From an uncultured Candidatus Rokubacteria bacterium (lineage in GTDB: Bacteria > Methylomirabilota > Methylomirabilia > Rokubacteriales > DASRDR01), in the NCBI GenBank assembly GCA_963708025.1, contig CAVPSB010000035.1:10800-74799 (forward strand): a stretch of DNA of 64,000 nt, given 5' to 3'. Each line of letters opens with the position of its first letter. Position 1 is the first letter of the stretch. This document shows, one piece after another, positions 1 through 10,268 of the stretch. The notes beneath the pieces were generated by a model. That model was not told the origin of the DNA. It saw only the letters and a list, made by a program, of their open reading frames with translations, and did not search any database. Both the position numbers and the translations under genes were made by a program.

Positions 1-617
1 TCACGGTCCGCCTCGGCGTGACGGCCACCGTCGAGCGCGTCCTGGCCGACCGGCCCGACGCGGTGATCGTGGCGACCGGCGCGGTGCCCCGCCGCCCCGA
101 GCTGCCCGGGGTCGATCTGCCCGGCGTGGCGACCGTGGAGGAGCTGCTGCTGGGCGGGGCGACGCTGGCCGGTCCGCGGTGCCTCGTCGTCGACGGCACC
201 GGCCGGATCCAGGCCGGCCTCGCCGCCGACCTCCTCGCCCGGGAGGGCCGGGCGGTCACCGTCGTCACGCCGTACCACACGGTCTGCGACAACACCGAGC
301 CCTCGACCCGGGAGCCCCTCTACGAGCGGCTCTATCGCGCGGGCGTCACCCTGGTGCCCGACACGATGCTGGCCGGGATCGAGGCGGCCGGCGGCGGTCG
401 GCTCCGTGTCCGCTGCTGGAGCGAGTACTCCGGGCGCGCGTGGACGATCGAGGACCTCGACACCGTCGTCCTCGCCTGGGGCGGGCGGGCCGTGGACGGT
501 CTCTACCGCGGGCTCGAGGGCCGGGTGGCCGAGCGCCACCTGGTGGGCGACGCCATGGCCCCACGGCTCCTCCACGACGCGCTCCTCGAGGGGACGCGCG
601 CCGGCCGCCGCGTGTGA
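1..617 (+). CDS. C-terminal FAD/NAD(P)-binding part of an NADH:flavin oxidoreductase / 2,4-dienoyl-CoA reductase-like enzyme (5' end off-window)
   Basis: ORF 18..617 stays open to base 1. The translation (VIVATGAVPRRPELPGVD ... LVGDAMAPRLLHDALLEGTRAGRRV) parallels the C-terminus of the next gene. Confidence 0.7.
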   Translation, partial: TVRLGVTATVERVLADRPDAVIVATGAVPRRPELPGVDLPGVATVEELLLGGATLAGPRCLVVDGTGRIQAGLAADLLAREGRAVTVVTPYHTVCDNTEPSTREPLYERLYRAGVTLVPDTMLAGIEAAGGGRLRVRCWSEYSGRAWTIEDLDTVVLAWGGRAVDGLYRGLEGRVAERHLVGDAMAPRLLHDALLEGTRAGRRV

Positions 618-627
618 TCGAGGGATC

Positions 628-2592
628 GTGAGCGGGACGCCGTTCCCCCGGCTCTTCAGCCCGCTTCCGCTGGGCCCCCGGATCGCGCGGAACCGGATCG
701 TCAGCACGCCCCACACCACCGGGTTCGCCGTCGACGGCTTCCCCCGGGAGCGCTGGCTCGCCTACGAGCGCGAGAAGGCGCGCGGTGGGTGCGGGACGAT
801 CATGATGTTCGGCTCGGCCTCGGTCCACCCGAGCTCGCCCGTCGCCGCCGCCGGTGGGGTCGAGCTGTGGGACCCGGCGGTGGTGCCGCACCTGCGCCGT
901 ATGGCCGAGGCCGTCCACGCCGAGGGCGCCCTCTGCCTGGCCCAGGTCTCGCACTGGGGCCGGGGCGGGGTCGGGCCCTACGCCGACTGGCCGCTGCTGG
1001 CGCCGTCGGACGAGCCCGACGAGACGCACCACGGGATCCCGCGCGCTCTCTCGAAGGCCGAGATCCACGAGCTGGTCGACGCGTTCGGCCGCGCGGCCGC
1101 TCACGTCAAGCGCGGGCGGCTACGACGGCGTGGACCTCTCCTGCTGGGGCGGGCACCTCACCGAGCAGTTCCTCTCGCCGGTCAGCAACCGGCGGACGGA
1201 CGAGTACGGCGGCTCCCTCGACAACCGCATCCGGTTCTGCCTGGAGACGCTGGAGGCGGTGCGCGCCGCCGTCGGGCCCGACCTGATCGTCGGCGCGCGG
1301 CTGACCGGCGACCAGCTCGTGGAGGGCGGCCTGACCCTGGAAGACACCCAGGCCATCGCCGCCCGGCTGGCGGCCACCGGCCGGCTCGACTACGTCACGG
1401 TGAGCGGCGGCTCGACCGAGCAGTACCGCGCGCTCCCCTACGTCACCCCGACCTACTACGCGCCGCTCGGCCTCTACAACCGCTTCGCCGCCGCGGTGAA
1501 GGCGGTCGTGCAGGTCCCGGTCATCGTCGCCGGGCGGATCGTCCATCCCGCCCAGGCCGAGGAGGTGCTGGCCCAGGGCTGGGCGGACGCCGTCGCCATG
1601 ACCCGCTCGCTCATCGCCGACCCCGCGCTGCCCCGGAAGGCGAGGGACGGGCGGGTGGACGAGATCCGGATCTGCACCGGAGCCAGCGAGGCCTGCATCG
1701 GCCGGCGCATCCAGGGCAAGACGATCGCCTGCATCCAGAACCCGGCGATCGGCCGGGAGGCGGAGCTGGCCGACGTCCGCCCGGCCGACCGCGCGCGCCG
1801 GGTCGTGGTGGCCGGCGGCGGCGTCGCGGGGCTGGAGGCCGCCCGCCTGGCGGCGCGGCGCGGTCACCGGGTCGTCCTCTTCGAGGCGGCCCTCGAGCCG
1901 GGCGGCCAGCTCCGCGCGGTCTGGCGCTCGCCGGCGCGCCAGAGCTACCAGGAGGTCGTGCGCTGGCTCGTCGCCGAGGTCGGGCGGGCAGGGGTGGAGG
2001 TCCGGCTGGGGACCGAGGCGACGGCCGCGTCGGTCCTGGCCGAGCGGCCTGACGTCGTCGTGGTCGCCACCGGGGTCCGCCCTCGCGCGCTCGAGGTGCC
2101 CGTCGCGCCGGACGCCCACGTCGTGACCGCGGAGGACGTGCTGCTCGACCGCGTCGCGCCCGGGCCCCGGTGCCTGGTCGTGGACTACCACGGCCACATG
2201 CCGGGGCCGAGCGCCGCCGAATTCCTCGCCGACCGCGGGTGCCGGGTCGAGATCGCGAGCCGCTTCTTCACCGTCGGCGAGGACATCGACCCCCGGCTCA
2301 AGACCAGCGTGTACACGCGGCTCTACCAGAAGGGCGTGGTGCTGACGCCCCTGGCCGTGGTCCGGGAGATCGGCGCGGGCTGGGTCCGGCTGGCCAACAC
2401 CCTGACCGGCCAGGAGCGGGTCGTCGAGGTGGACACCGTGGTCACGGCCCTCGGCGGCCGGGCGGACGACGCCCTGGCGCGCGGCGCTCGACGGCCAGGG
2501 CCGTCGAGCTCCACGTGGTGGGCGACGCCCTGGCGCCGCGCACGATCCACGACGCCATCCTCACCGCCACCCGCGCCGCCCGGCGCTTCTGA
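628..2592 (+). pseudogene. Old-yellow-enzyme (FMN) plus FAD/NAD(P) domain oxidoreductase, 2,4-dienoyl-CoA reductase family; frame broken about 3 times
   Basis: GTG at 628 follows GAGGGA. The N-terminus (VSGTPFPRLFSPLPLGPRIARNRIVSTPH...) lies in ORF 406..2052. The core (GYDGVDLSCWGGHLTEQFLSPVSNRRTDEYGGSLDNR...VVVAGGGVAGLEAA) lies in ORF 854..2656. The end (VVGDALAPRTIHDAILTATRAARRF) lies in ORF 2170..2592. Frame changes are near 1112, 2487 and 2505. Confidence 0.8.
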
Positions 2593-2667
2593 CCCAGCGG
2601 GGCCGGGCATTGATGAGGGGTCGTGGTTCTTCCGCATAAAAGAGTACGACGAATGACGGAGGCGAAT

Positions 2668-2925
2668 ATGGCAACCAACGTCAAGATCACCAGCCGCCCT
2701 GCTGGCGTGATCCGGCATGCCGGTACTGCGATCCGCTCGGTCAGCCCTGGCGTGATCGCGAAAGCGCTCGGGGCCGAGAAGGCTGTATCCAGGGAGAACG
2801 TTCTCGGCGCTCCGATTAGTCTGCACGCATTGCGACGGGCGCTGGAGAGCCGGGTTCGCTCCACGGGCGGGCGGCCGGCTCTGGAAGGGGCAACGAAGAT
2901 CCAGAAGATTCCGCTGAGAGCCTGA
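2668..2925 (+). CDS. hypothetical small protein; possibly the N-terminal part of a frameshifted ribbon-helix-helix-like protein
   Basis: ATG at 2668 lies 5 nt after GGAGG, inside ORF 2623..2925. The region is less G+C-rich than its flanks. After the stop, the +1 frame reads EDWSRLEELAAQLSQEGVSATAGQVASVMVHSQLQL (2924..3106). Confidence 0.3.
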   Translation: MATNVKITSRPAGVIRHAGTAIRSVSPGVIAKALGAEKAVSRENVLGAPISLHALRRALESRVRSTGGRPALEGATKIQKIPLRA

Positions 2926-3139
2926 AGACTGGTCTCGACTCGAAGAGTTGGCCGCCCAACTCTCTCAGGAAGGCGTCTCGGCTACAGCTGGACAGGTCGC
3001 GAGCGTAATGGTCCACAGCCAGTTGCAGCTCGTCGCACCATCAGCCACGCGCCAAGGGAGAACCTCTCGACGCCCGGCGACGCGGCGGGTAACCGGACAT
3101 CGATGATCACTCGTAGCCCAGGGGCTGCCGCTAGCCACA

Positions 3140-3297
3140 TTGATCTCACTGCATTCGGATACATCGTTCGCGACGACGCCCTGGCCCGCGCGCTCGACGG
3201 GCAGGGCCTCGAGATCGACGTCGTGGGCGACGCCCTGGCGCCGCGCACGATCCACGACGCCATCCTCACCGCCACCCGCGCCGCCCGGCGCATCTGA
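3140..3297 (+). pseudogene. stub B: orphan C-terminal ~50 codons of a flavin reductase paralogue
   Basis: Reads IDLTAFGYIVRDDALARALDGQGLEIDVVGDALAPRTIHDAILTATRAARRI with no upstream body. The last 63 nt (3235..3297) match 2530..2592 at 62/63. Confidence 0.75.
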
Positions 3298-3451
3298 CCC
3301 GGCGGGGCGCGCCACGATCCAGTGGCCGACGGCGAGGGTGCCGATGTGACGCGAGAAGCTCGCGCCCGATCCTCGCGGCAGACCCGGCCGCCAGGCGTGA
3401 CCGAGTGCGCGGCCCGCCAAGGGGTCGCGGGGACGGCAACCGGCGCCGGGC

Positions 3452-4384
3452 TCAGCGGGCCGTGGGGGGCGCCGCCCGGTTGACCACGGTCATGGCGGTC
3501 GCGATCATGGCGCCGATGTCGGCGACGTTGGCGGGCACGATCAGGCTGTTGGTGGTCCGGGCCAGCTCCCCGAACTTGGTGATGTACTGCTCGGCCACCC
3601 GGAGCTGCACCGCCTCGACGCCCCCGGGCACCTGGATCGACTCCGCGACCCGGCGGATGCCCTCCGCGGTGGCGGCGGCGATGGAGAGGATGGCCGAGGC
3701 CGCGCCCTCCGCCTCGTTCATCTCCTGCTGACGCTTCGCCTCGGAGGCCTTGATGACCTGCTGCTTCTGGCCCTCGGCCACGTTGACGGCGGCGTCCCGC
3801 TCGCCCTCGGAGGTCAGGATGACGGCCCGCTTCTCCCGCTCCGCCCGCATCTGCTTCTCCATGGCGGCCAGCACGTCCTTGGGCGGGGTGATGTTCTTGA
3901 TCTCGTAGCGGAGCACCTTGATCCCCCACGGCTCCGATGCCTTGTCCAGCTCGCTGACGACCTGGCTGTTGATTTGGGTGCGCTCCTCGAAGGTGCGGTC
4001 CAGGTCGATCTTGCCGACCTCGCTGCGCAGGGTGGTCTGGGCGAGCTGGCTGATGCCGAACATGTAGTCGGCCACGCCGTAGGAGGCACGCTCCGGGTTC
4101 ATCACCTTGAGGTAGAGGACGCCGTCGACGCCGACCTGGACGTTGTCCCGCGTGATGCAGATCTGCTCGGGGATGTCGACGGCCGTCTCCTTCAGGGAGT
4201 GGCGGTACCGGATGGCGTCGAGGAAGGGGATCAGCAGGTGAAAGCCCGCGTGGAGCGTCGCCCGGTACTTGCCGAGCCGCTCCACGACGTAGGCGCTCTG
4301 CTGCGGTACCACCCTCGCCGTCTTCGCGATGACGATGATGACCAGCACGGCGAGCACCACGAAGACGACCAGCGCTTCCGTCAT
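3452..4384 (-). CDS. SPFH/band-7 (stomatin/prohibitin-like) membrane protein
   Basis: 310 aa with an N-terminal TM helix, then VVPQQSAYVVERLGKY...GVDGVLYLKV...TLRSEVGKIDLDRTFEER...VLRYEIKNITPP and a coiled-coil tail. Confidence 0.95.
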   Translation of the reverse strand: MTEALVVFVVLAVLVIIVIAKTARVVPQQSAYVVERLGKYRATLHAGFHLLIPFLDAIRYRHSLKETAVDIPEQICITRDNVQVGVDGVLYLKVMNPERASYGVADYMFGISQLAQTTLRSEVGKIDLDRTFEERTQINSQVVSELDKASEPWGIKVLRYEIKNITPPKDVLAAMEKQMRAEREKRAVILTSEGERDAAVNVAEGQKQQVIKASEAKRQQEMNEAEGAASAILSIAAATAEGIRRVAESIQVPGGVEAVQLRVAEQYITKFGELARTTNSLIVPANVADIGAMIATAMTVVNRAAPPTAR

Positions 4385-4400
4385 GCGCCCCTCCTCGGGA

Positions 4401-4832
4401 CTACTCGGCGACGACGCCGAGGGTGAGCCCGTCCACGCGCGTCACGCGGCAGCGCTGCCCGCGAGCGAGGGTGGTCGAGCCGTCGTTGTGCGCGGTCCAC
4501 GTCGTGCCACGCAGCTCCACCTTGCCGACCGCGCCCGGCGCCAGATCCTCGATCGGGACGGCGATTTCCCCGACGACGCCGTCGATCACGGGCGCCGACC
4601 CTGGCCCCCGCGTTCGCGCGAGGAGCGGCCCGCGAAGCACCACGAGGGCCAGCACGGACACGACCGAGAACAGCAGCCACTCCATCCACGCCGGGCCGGC
4701 CAGGCCCAGGCCGGCCAGAATGCCCACGACGAGGGCCCCCGTCCCGAAGAAGAGGAAGAAGAACCCCATCGGCGTGAACAGCTCGAGCCCCACCAGCAGG
4801 AAGCCCAGGAGGATCCAGAGCCACCAGGTCAT
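4401..4832 (-). CDS. NfeD-family membrane protein, partner of the SPFH protein
   Basis: Internal ATG at 4832 (MTWWLWILLGFLLVGLELFTP...). TM helices are followed by a C-terminal OB-like GKVELRGTTWTAHN. It lies immediately upstream of the SPFH gene on the same strand. Confidence 0.9.
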   Translation of the reverse strand: MTWWLWILLGFLLVGLELFTPMGFFFLFFGTGALVVGILAGLGLAGPAWMEWLLFSVVSVLALVVLRGPLLARTRGPGSAPVIDGVVGEIAVPIEDLAPGAVGKVELRGTTWTAHNDGSTTLARGQRCRVTRVDGLTLGVVAE

Positions 4833-5016
4833 GCGCGCGCGAGCGTCGGCAGCCGGTCGATGGCGGCGCGAACGGCGCCCGTCACGCCCGGCATTCGAAG
4901 AGGAGTGCGTCGGCCACGGCGCGACGAGTCTAGCGGCCGGGCGTCCGGACGTCAACTGCTCGCATCCGGAGGCGCCTGCTCCGGAGGCGCCACCGGCGAG
5001 CGCCGGGCTCGTGCCG

Positions 5017-5230
5017 TTACCCGCCCCGTCGGCCCGGCGGGAAGATCACGAACGTCGTGCTTTCGCCGGGTCGCGTCTGGTAGCGGATCTGGCCCCCGTG
5101 GGTCTCGATGATCCGCTGGCAGATCGAGAGGCAATTGGCCGAACGCCAGTTGACCGGGAGCCTCTTCAGGCAGATCATCCGGCGCGTCGAGCGGCTCGCT
5201 GGCATCCGACGTGATCGAGAGACCCACCCG
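5017..5230 (-). pseudogene. fragment of a histidine-kinase HATPase_c domain (C-terminal remnant)
   Basis: ORF 5017..5304 ends ...ANCLSICQRIIETHGGQIRYQTRPGESTTFVIFPP, resembling the G2 box to the C-terminus of sensor kinases. There is no HisKA or sensor part upstream. Confidence 0.4.
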
Positions 5231-5429
5231 GGAGCGGAGGCGATGAGGAGCAGGGGTCGAAGCAGCGGAGGTGTCTCTGAACAGGGCCGTCGGATTGACC
5301 ACACTCACAAGCGCGAGGCTGCGGACGGTCCATGCGTCGCGAGCATGACTTTCCTCGACCTACCGGAAAGGATGAACGAGCTGGGCGACTGGGTGATCCG
5401 CCCGTTCAAACGCACGAGGGAGGGGAGAC

Positions 5430-6234
5430 GTGGGTCCATATCGGAAATCCCGGGCTGAGTCGATTCGCGTGCGCGTGTGGGGGCTCGGTGTCCTGTTCGC
5501 GGTCGCGCTGACGATCGCGTTGGCGTCGGCCGAGCCCGTCGCCGTCCGCTACGCCGAGACCGTCACCCACGGCTTCCTCGTGCTGCGCGGGGCGAACGGC
5601 GACGTCCTCGCCTATGGCGAGTTCGTGCAGGCGCCCATCGAGGGGCAGCGCATGGAGAGCCGCCTCGTGTTCCGCTTCAAGAACGGCTCCCTCTGGGACG
5701 AGACGGTGACGTTCACGCAGCAGAAGGTGTTCCGGCTGATGAGCTATCACCACATCGAGCGCGGCCCGTCCTTCCGCGAGTTCGACCGACGTGACCTTCG
5801 ATCGCGACACCGGCCGTTACCGAGCCAAGGTCAACGACAAGACCGACGACGGCAAGATCGAGCTGCCGGAAGACCTCCACAACGGGATCACGGGCACCAT
5901 TTTGAAGAACCTGACGCCCGGCACCGCCGCCGCCGGCCACATGTTCGCGTTCACGCCGAAACCGTACCGGCTCGACACCGAGCTGCGCGCGGAGGGCGAA
6001 GATAGGTTTTCCGTGGGCGACGTCGCGCGCACGGCCACGCGCTACCTCGTGAAGATGGAGCTGCGCGGTCTCACCGGCCTCGTGGCGTCGCTTATCGGCA
6101 AGGACCCCCCCGAGGTGCGCTACTGGATCACGACCGGGCCCGCGCCCGGGTTCGTGAAGTTCGAGGGGCCGATGTACCTGAAGGGCCCGCGCTGGCGCGT
6201 CGAGTTGACGGGGCCGCGCTGGCCCAAGCGCTGA
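5430..6234 (+). CDS. hypothetical secreted protein (one frameshift near 5788)
   Basis: A signal-peptide-like VRVWGLGVLFAVALTIALASA lies in ORF 5430..6005. The continuation VTFDRDTGRYRAKVNDKTDDGKIELPEDL... lies in ORF 5791..6234. Confidence 0.55.
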
Positions 6235-6668
6235 CTCAGCGCTCCGCCGGGCGCCTCGCGCAGCATCGCGATCAGGACCTCGCGGTTCTGCGCGGTTGTG
6301 GTGACCTCGCGCGGGAACGTGATGCGCGCGATCGACAGCGGTTGACGTCCTCGTTTGCCCGCGCTTTACCGGCTCGCGCCGGATCGTGGGCGCGGTGACG
6401 GGGCCCCACGCGGTGGGGCGGCTCCTGACGGCGCTCGGGCTCGCCGCGGAGCCGCCACCGGCCAGCTCCCGCCCGACCCGTTCCTGACCTTGCGGCCTTC
6501 GCCGCGCTCGCCGTTACCCCGGCGCCGGGACCCGCTCTGCCCGCGGCCCCGCCGGGGCCCCTCCCATCCCCGCGGCCCCGACCGTTGCCGGTCCGGCCCG
6601 AGCACGCTACACTCACGCGCATGAAGGTCGGGAGCCGCCCCGAGAGAAGCTCCCGATAGGAGGATCCG

Positions 6669-7970
6669 ATGGCCGAGGACACCGTCGTTGCTCGCCGAGG
6701 CTTCTTGCGCGTGGCCGCTGGTGCGACTGCTGCCGCCGGCGTCACGGGACTCCTGCCCCGGCGCGCGCGGGCCCAGGGACAGGCCGGGCGCGCGCTGAAG
6801 CTCGGATATGTGAGCCCGCAGACGGGGCCGCTCGCCGGCTTCGGCGAGACCGACAGCTTCGTGGTCGGCGGCGTGCGAAAGGCGGCCGGCAAGGGGCTCG
6901 CGATCCGCGATCGCACGCATCCCATCGAGATCCTCGTGCGCGACAGTCAGTCCGATCCCAACCGGGCGGCCGAGGTGGCGTCGCGCTTGATCCTGACCGA
7001 CAAGATCGACCTCATGCTGGTCGCGAGTACGCCGGAGACGACCAACCCCGTGGCCGATCAGTGTGAGGCCAACGGGATGCCCTGCGTCTCCACCATGTGC
7101 CCATGGCAGCCCTGGTTCTTCGGTCGCGGCGGCAAGCCCGAGACCGGTTTCAAGTGGACGTATCACTACTTCTGGGGGCTCGAGGACATCATCGGGGTGT
7201 TCGTCAACATGTGGAACACGCTGCCCACCAACAAGGTCGTCGGGGCCATCTGGCCCAACGACGGCGACGGCAACGCCTGGAGCGACAAGCAGCGCGGCTT
7301 CCCGCCCGAGCTCGCGAAGGCCGGGTACAAGGTCGTGGACCCCGGGCGCTATCCGAATCTGAGCGACGACTTCTCCGCGCAGATTTCCACGTTCAAGAAC
7401 GAGAAGGTCGAGATCGTCACCGGCGTGCCGCTGCCGCCGGACTGGACGACCTTCTGGAAACAGGCCGCCCAGCAGGGCTTCCGCCCCAAGATCGCCACCG
7501 TCGGCAAGGCGCTGCTCTTCCCGCGCTCGGTCGAGGCGCTGGGCGAGCTGGGCGACGGCATGTCCACCGAGGTGTGGTGGTCGCCCCAGCATCCCTTCAA
7601 ATCGTCGCTCACGGGAGCCACGGCGAGTCAGCTCGCCGCCACCTATACGCAAGAGACGAAGAAGCAGTGGACCCAGCCGCTCGGCTTCATCCATTCGCTG
7701 TTCGAGGTCGGATTCGACGTGCTCAAGCGGGCGAGCAGCGTGGACGACAAGAACGCCGTGCTCGCGGCCATCAAGGCGACCAGCCTCGACACGATCGCCG
7801 GGCCCGTCAGCTGGGGCAAGGGGCCGGTGGCGAACGTGACCAAGACGCCGCTGGTCGGCGGCCAGTGGGGGCGCGGCAAGGGCGTTCCCTTCGACATGAC
7901 GGTCGTCACCAACCGGAGCGCGCCCAGCATCCCCACCTCCGGCAAGCTACGGCCGCTCAAGCAGGCGTAG
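6669..7970 (+). CDS. branched-chain amino acid-type ABC transporter substrate-binding protein (type 1 PBP) with Tat signal
   Basis: 433 aa. Contains RRGFLRVAAGATAAAGVTG and LKLGYVSPQTGPLAGFGE. AGGAG precedes the ATG. Confidence 0.9.
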   Translation: MAEDTVVARRGFLRVAAGATAAAGVTGLLPRRARAQGQAGRALKLGYVSPQTGPLAGFGETDSFVVGGVRKAAGKGLAIRDRTHPIEILVRDSQSDPNRAAEVASRLILTDKIDLMLVASTPETTNPVADQCEANGMPCVSTMCPWQPWFFGRGGKPETGFKWTYHYFWGLEDIIGVFVNMWNTLPTNKVVGAIWPNDGDGNAWSDKQRGFPPELAKAGYKVVDPGRYPNLSDDFSAQISTFKNEKVEIVTGVPLPPDWTTFWKQAAQQGFRPKIATVGKALLFPRSVEALGELGDGMSTEVWWSPQHPFKSSLTGATASQLAATYTQETKKQWTQPLGFIHSLFEVGFDVLKRASSVDDKNAVLAAIKATSLDTIAGPVSWGKGPVANVTKTPLVGGQWGRGKGVPFDMTVVTNRSAPSIPTSGKLRPLKQA

Positions 7971-7998
7971 TCCGACGGCGCTTCTCGCGCTCGAGGAG

Positions 7999-8697
7999 GT
8001 GTCCCGGGCGTTCGGCTCGCTGCGGGTCCTCGATCGCCTCACGCTGGCCGTCGGCGAGAACGAGGCGGTGGGTGTCATCGGGCCGAATGGCGCCGGCAAG
8101 ACGACGGCACTCCACCTGATGGCCGGACGCCTCCGCCCCGATCGCGGCCGGGTCGTGTTCGACGGGCGCGACATCACGGGGATGCCGGCTCACACCCGCT
8201 GCCGGGCCGGCATTGCGCTGACGCACCAGATCCCGCATCCCTTCGAGGCCCTGACGGTGTTCGAGAACGTCCTGGTCGGCGCCACGCACGGCGGCGGCCG
8301 GACCGAGCGCGACGCCTATGCCGTCTGCCTCTCGACCCTCGAGCTGGCCGGGCTCACCGACAAGGCGAACGTGCGCGCGGGTGTGCTGACGTTGCTCGAA
8401 CGGAAGCGCCTGGAGCTGGCGCGGGCGCTCGCGACCGGACCGCGCGTCCTCCTGCTCGACGAGATCGCGGGCGGGCTGACCGAGCACGAGGTGCAGGAGG
8501 TGGTCGGCGTCGTCCGGCACGTCCGTGCGCAAGGTGTCGCGATCCTCTGGATCGAGCACATCGTTCACGCGCTCCGCTCGGCCGTGGATCGGCTCGTCGC
8601 CATCCACCTCGGGAGGAGTCTGATGGACGGGCCGCCGGACGCCGTCATGGCGAGTCCCGAAGTGCAGCGGGTCTACCTCGGAATCGACGTGGCGTGA
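7999..8697 (+). CDS. livG: ABC transporter ATP-binding protein, LivG-like
   Basis: Walker A GPNGAGKTT, LLLDEIAGGL, and its position in the liv-type operon. The true start may lie upstream, but no start codon is visible there. Confidence 0.85.
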   Translation: MSRAFGSLRVLDRLTLAVGENEAVGVIGPNGAGKTTALHLMAGRLRPDRGRVVFDGRDITGMPAHTRCRAGIALTHQIPHPFEALTVFENVLVGATHGGGRTERDAYAVCLSTLELAGLTDKANVRAGVLTLLERKRLELARALATGPRVLLLDEIAGGLTEHEVQEVVGVVRHVRAQGVAILWIEHIVHALRSAVDRLVAIHLGRSLMDGPPDAVMASPEVQRVYLGIDVA

Positions 8698-9392
8698 CAC
8701 TGCTCGCCGTCCGCGACCTGTCGGCGTTCTACGGCGACTTCCAGGCCCTCTTCGGCGTCGCGCTCGACGTGGCCGAGGGCGAGACGGTGGCGGTGATCGG
8801 CGCCAACGGCGCCGGCAAGACGACGTTTCTCAGAGCGCTGGCCGGTGCCCTGCCGGTGGCTCGCGGCGCCGTCGTGTTCGCGGGCCGGCCGGTCGGCGGC
8901 CAGCCGCCGCACGTGCTCGTCGACCTCGGCATCGTCCTCGTGCCCGAGGGGCGGCGAATCTTTCCGAGCCTGTCCGTGCAGGAAAACCTTCAGATCGGCG
9001 CCTTCCGGCGGCGCGCCGGGCCGTGGACGCTCGAGCGCGTCTACCGGCTGTTCCCCGTCCTCGGCGAGCGACGCGATCAGCCCGGCACGAACCTCTCGGG
9101 GGGCGAGCAGCAGATGCTCGCGATCGGCCGCGGCCTGATGGCCAACCCGCGCCTCCTGCTCGTCAACGAGATGTCGCTCGGCCTGGCGCCGCTCGCCGTC
9201 AAGCAGCTCTACGAGGTGCTGGCCAGCGTCCAGCGCGAAGGGACCACGCTCCTGGTGGTCGAGGAGGACGTGAGTCAGGTTCTGGCGGTCGCGCAGCGTG
9301 TCTACTGTTTCCGCAAGGGGACTGTCTCGCTCGAGGGCGCACCCGCCGGGCTCAGCCGCGCCCAGATCTCGGCCGCGTACTTCGGAGCCTGA
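8694..9392 (+). CDS. livF: ABC transporter ATP-binding protein, LivF-like
   Basis: GANGAGKTT, LSGGEQQMLAIGRGLM, LLLVNEMSLGLAP. It overlaps the preceding gene by 4 nt. Confidence 0.9.
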   Translation: MTLLAVRDLSAFYGDFQALFGVALDVAEGETVAVIGANGAGKTTFLRALAGALPVARGAVVFAGRPVGGQPPHVLVDLGIVLVPEGRRIFPSLSVQENLQIGAFRRRAGPWTLERVYRLFPVLGERRDQPGTNLSGGEQQMLAIGRGLMANPRLLLVNEMSLGLAPLAVKQLYEVLASVQREGTTLLVVEEDVSQVLAVAQRVYCFRKGTVSLEGAPAGLSRAQISAAYFGA

Positions 9393-9395
9393 TCG

Positions 9396-10268
9396 ATGGC
9401 CTGGCTCGACACCGTCGTGCAGGGCGTCCTGCTCGGCGGCCTCTACGCGCTCTTCGCGACCGGGCTCTCGCTGATCTTCGGCGTCATGCGCCTGGTGAAC
9501 CTCGCCCACGGCGACTTCAGCATCCTGGCGGCCTTTCTCGCCGTCGTCGTCGTGGGGGCCCTCGGGCTCAACCCGCTGGTCGCGCTGGTCGTGGTGGTGC
9601 CCGTCATGGCGATGCTCGGCTACGTGCTGCAGCGGCTGGTGCTCAACCGGCTGCTGGGGCGCGGCATCCTGCCGGCCGTGCTCGTGACGTTCGGCTTCTC
9701 CATCGTCATCCAGAACGGCCTGCTCGAGACGTTCTCCGCGGACTCCCAGCGGCTCAACCCCGGCGGCATCGAGACGGCGAGTCTCGCCCTCGGCGGGGGG
9801 CTGGCCGTCGGCTGGTTTTCGTTGCTGACGTTCGCGGTGGCCGTCGGGCTCCTGGTCGGGCTCCAGCTCCTCATCGGCCGCACGGCGATCGGCCGCGCCT
9901 TTCGGGCGACCTCGGACGACGGCGAGACGGCGGCGCTGATGGGGATCGACACCCGGCGACTCTACGGACTCGCGATGGCGCTGTCGCTGGCCATCGTCGC
10001 GGTCGCCGGGGTCTTCCTCGGCATCCGCACGACCTTCACGTTCGCGAGCGGCCCCGACCGGCTCCTCTTCGCCTTCGAGGCGGTGATCATCGGGGGGCTT
10101 GGCTCCTTGTGGGGCACGCTGGTCGGCGGCGTGATCCTCGGCGTGGCGCAGACGATCGGCGCGAAGCTCTCGCCGGGCTGGGGCGTGCTGACCGGACATC
10201 TGGTGTTCCTCGGTGTCCTGCTGTTGCGCCCGTCCGGTCTGTTCGCGAAGTCCCGGCGCGTGGACTGA
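9396..10268 (+). CDS. livH: branched-chain amino acid ABC permease, LivH-like
   Basis: 290 aa polytopic protein (MAWLDTVVQGVLLGGLYALFATGLSLIFGVMRLVNLAHGDF). Confidence 0.9.
   Translation: MAWLDTVVQGVLLGGLYALFATGLSLIFGVMRLVNLAHGDFSILAAFLAVVVVGALGLNPLVALVVVVPVMAMLGYVLQRLVLNRLLGRGILPAVLVTFGFSIVIQNGLLETFSADSQRLNPGGIETASLALGGGLAVGWFSLLTFAVAVGLLVGLQLLIGRTAIGRAFRATSDDGETAALMGIDTRRLYGLAMALSLAIVAVAGVFLGIRTTFTFASGPDRLLFAFEAVIIGGLGSLWGTLVGGVILGVAQTIGAKLSPGWGVLTGHLVFLGVLLLRPSGLFAKSRRVD

Noticed and set aside
3452-4832. SPFH-NfeD as a candidate defence module, because it lies inside the 8 kb cargo block.
   Set aside because: The pair is a widespread housekeeping membrane-quality module. Nothing in the sequence (no nuclease, NTPase or sensor partner) supports a defence role here.
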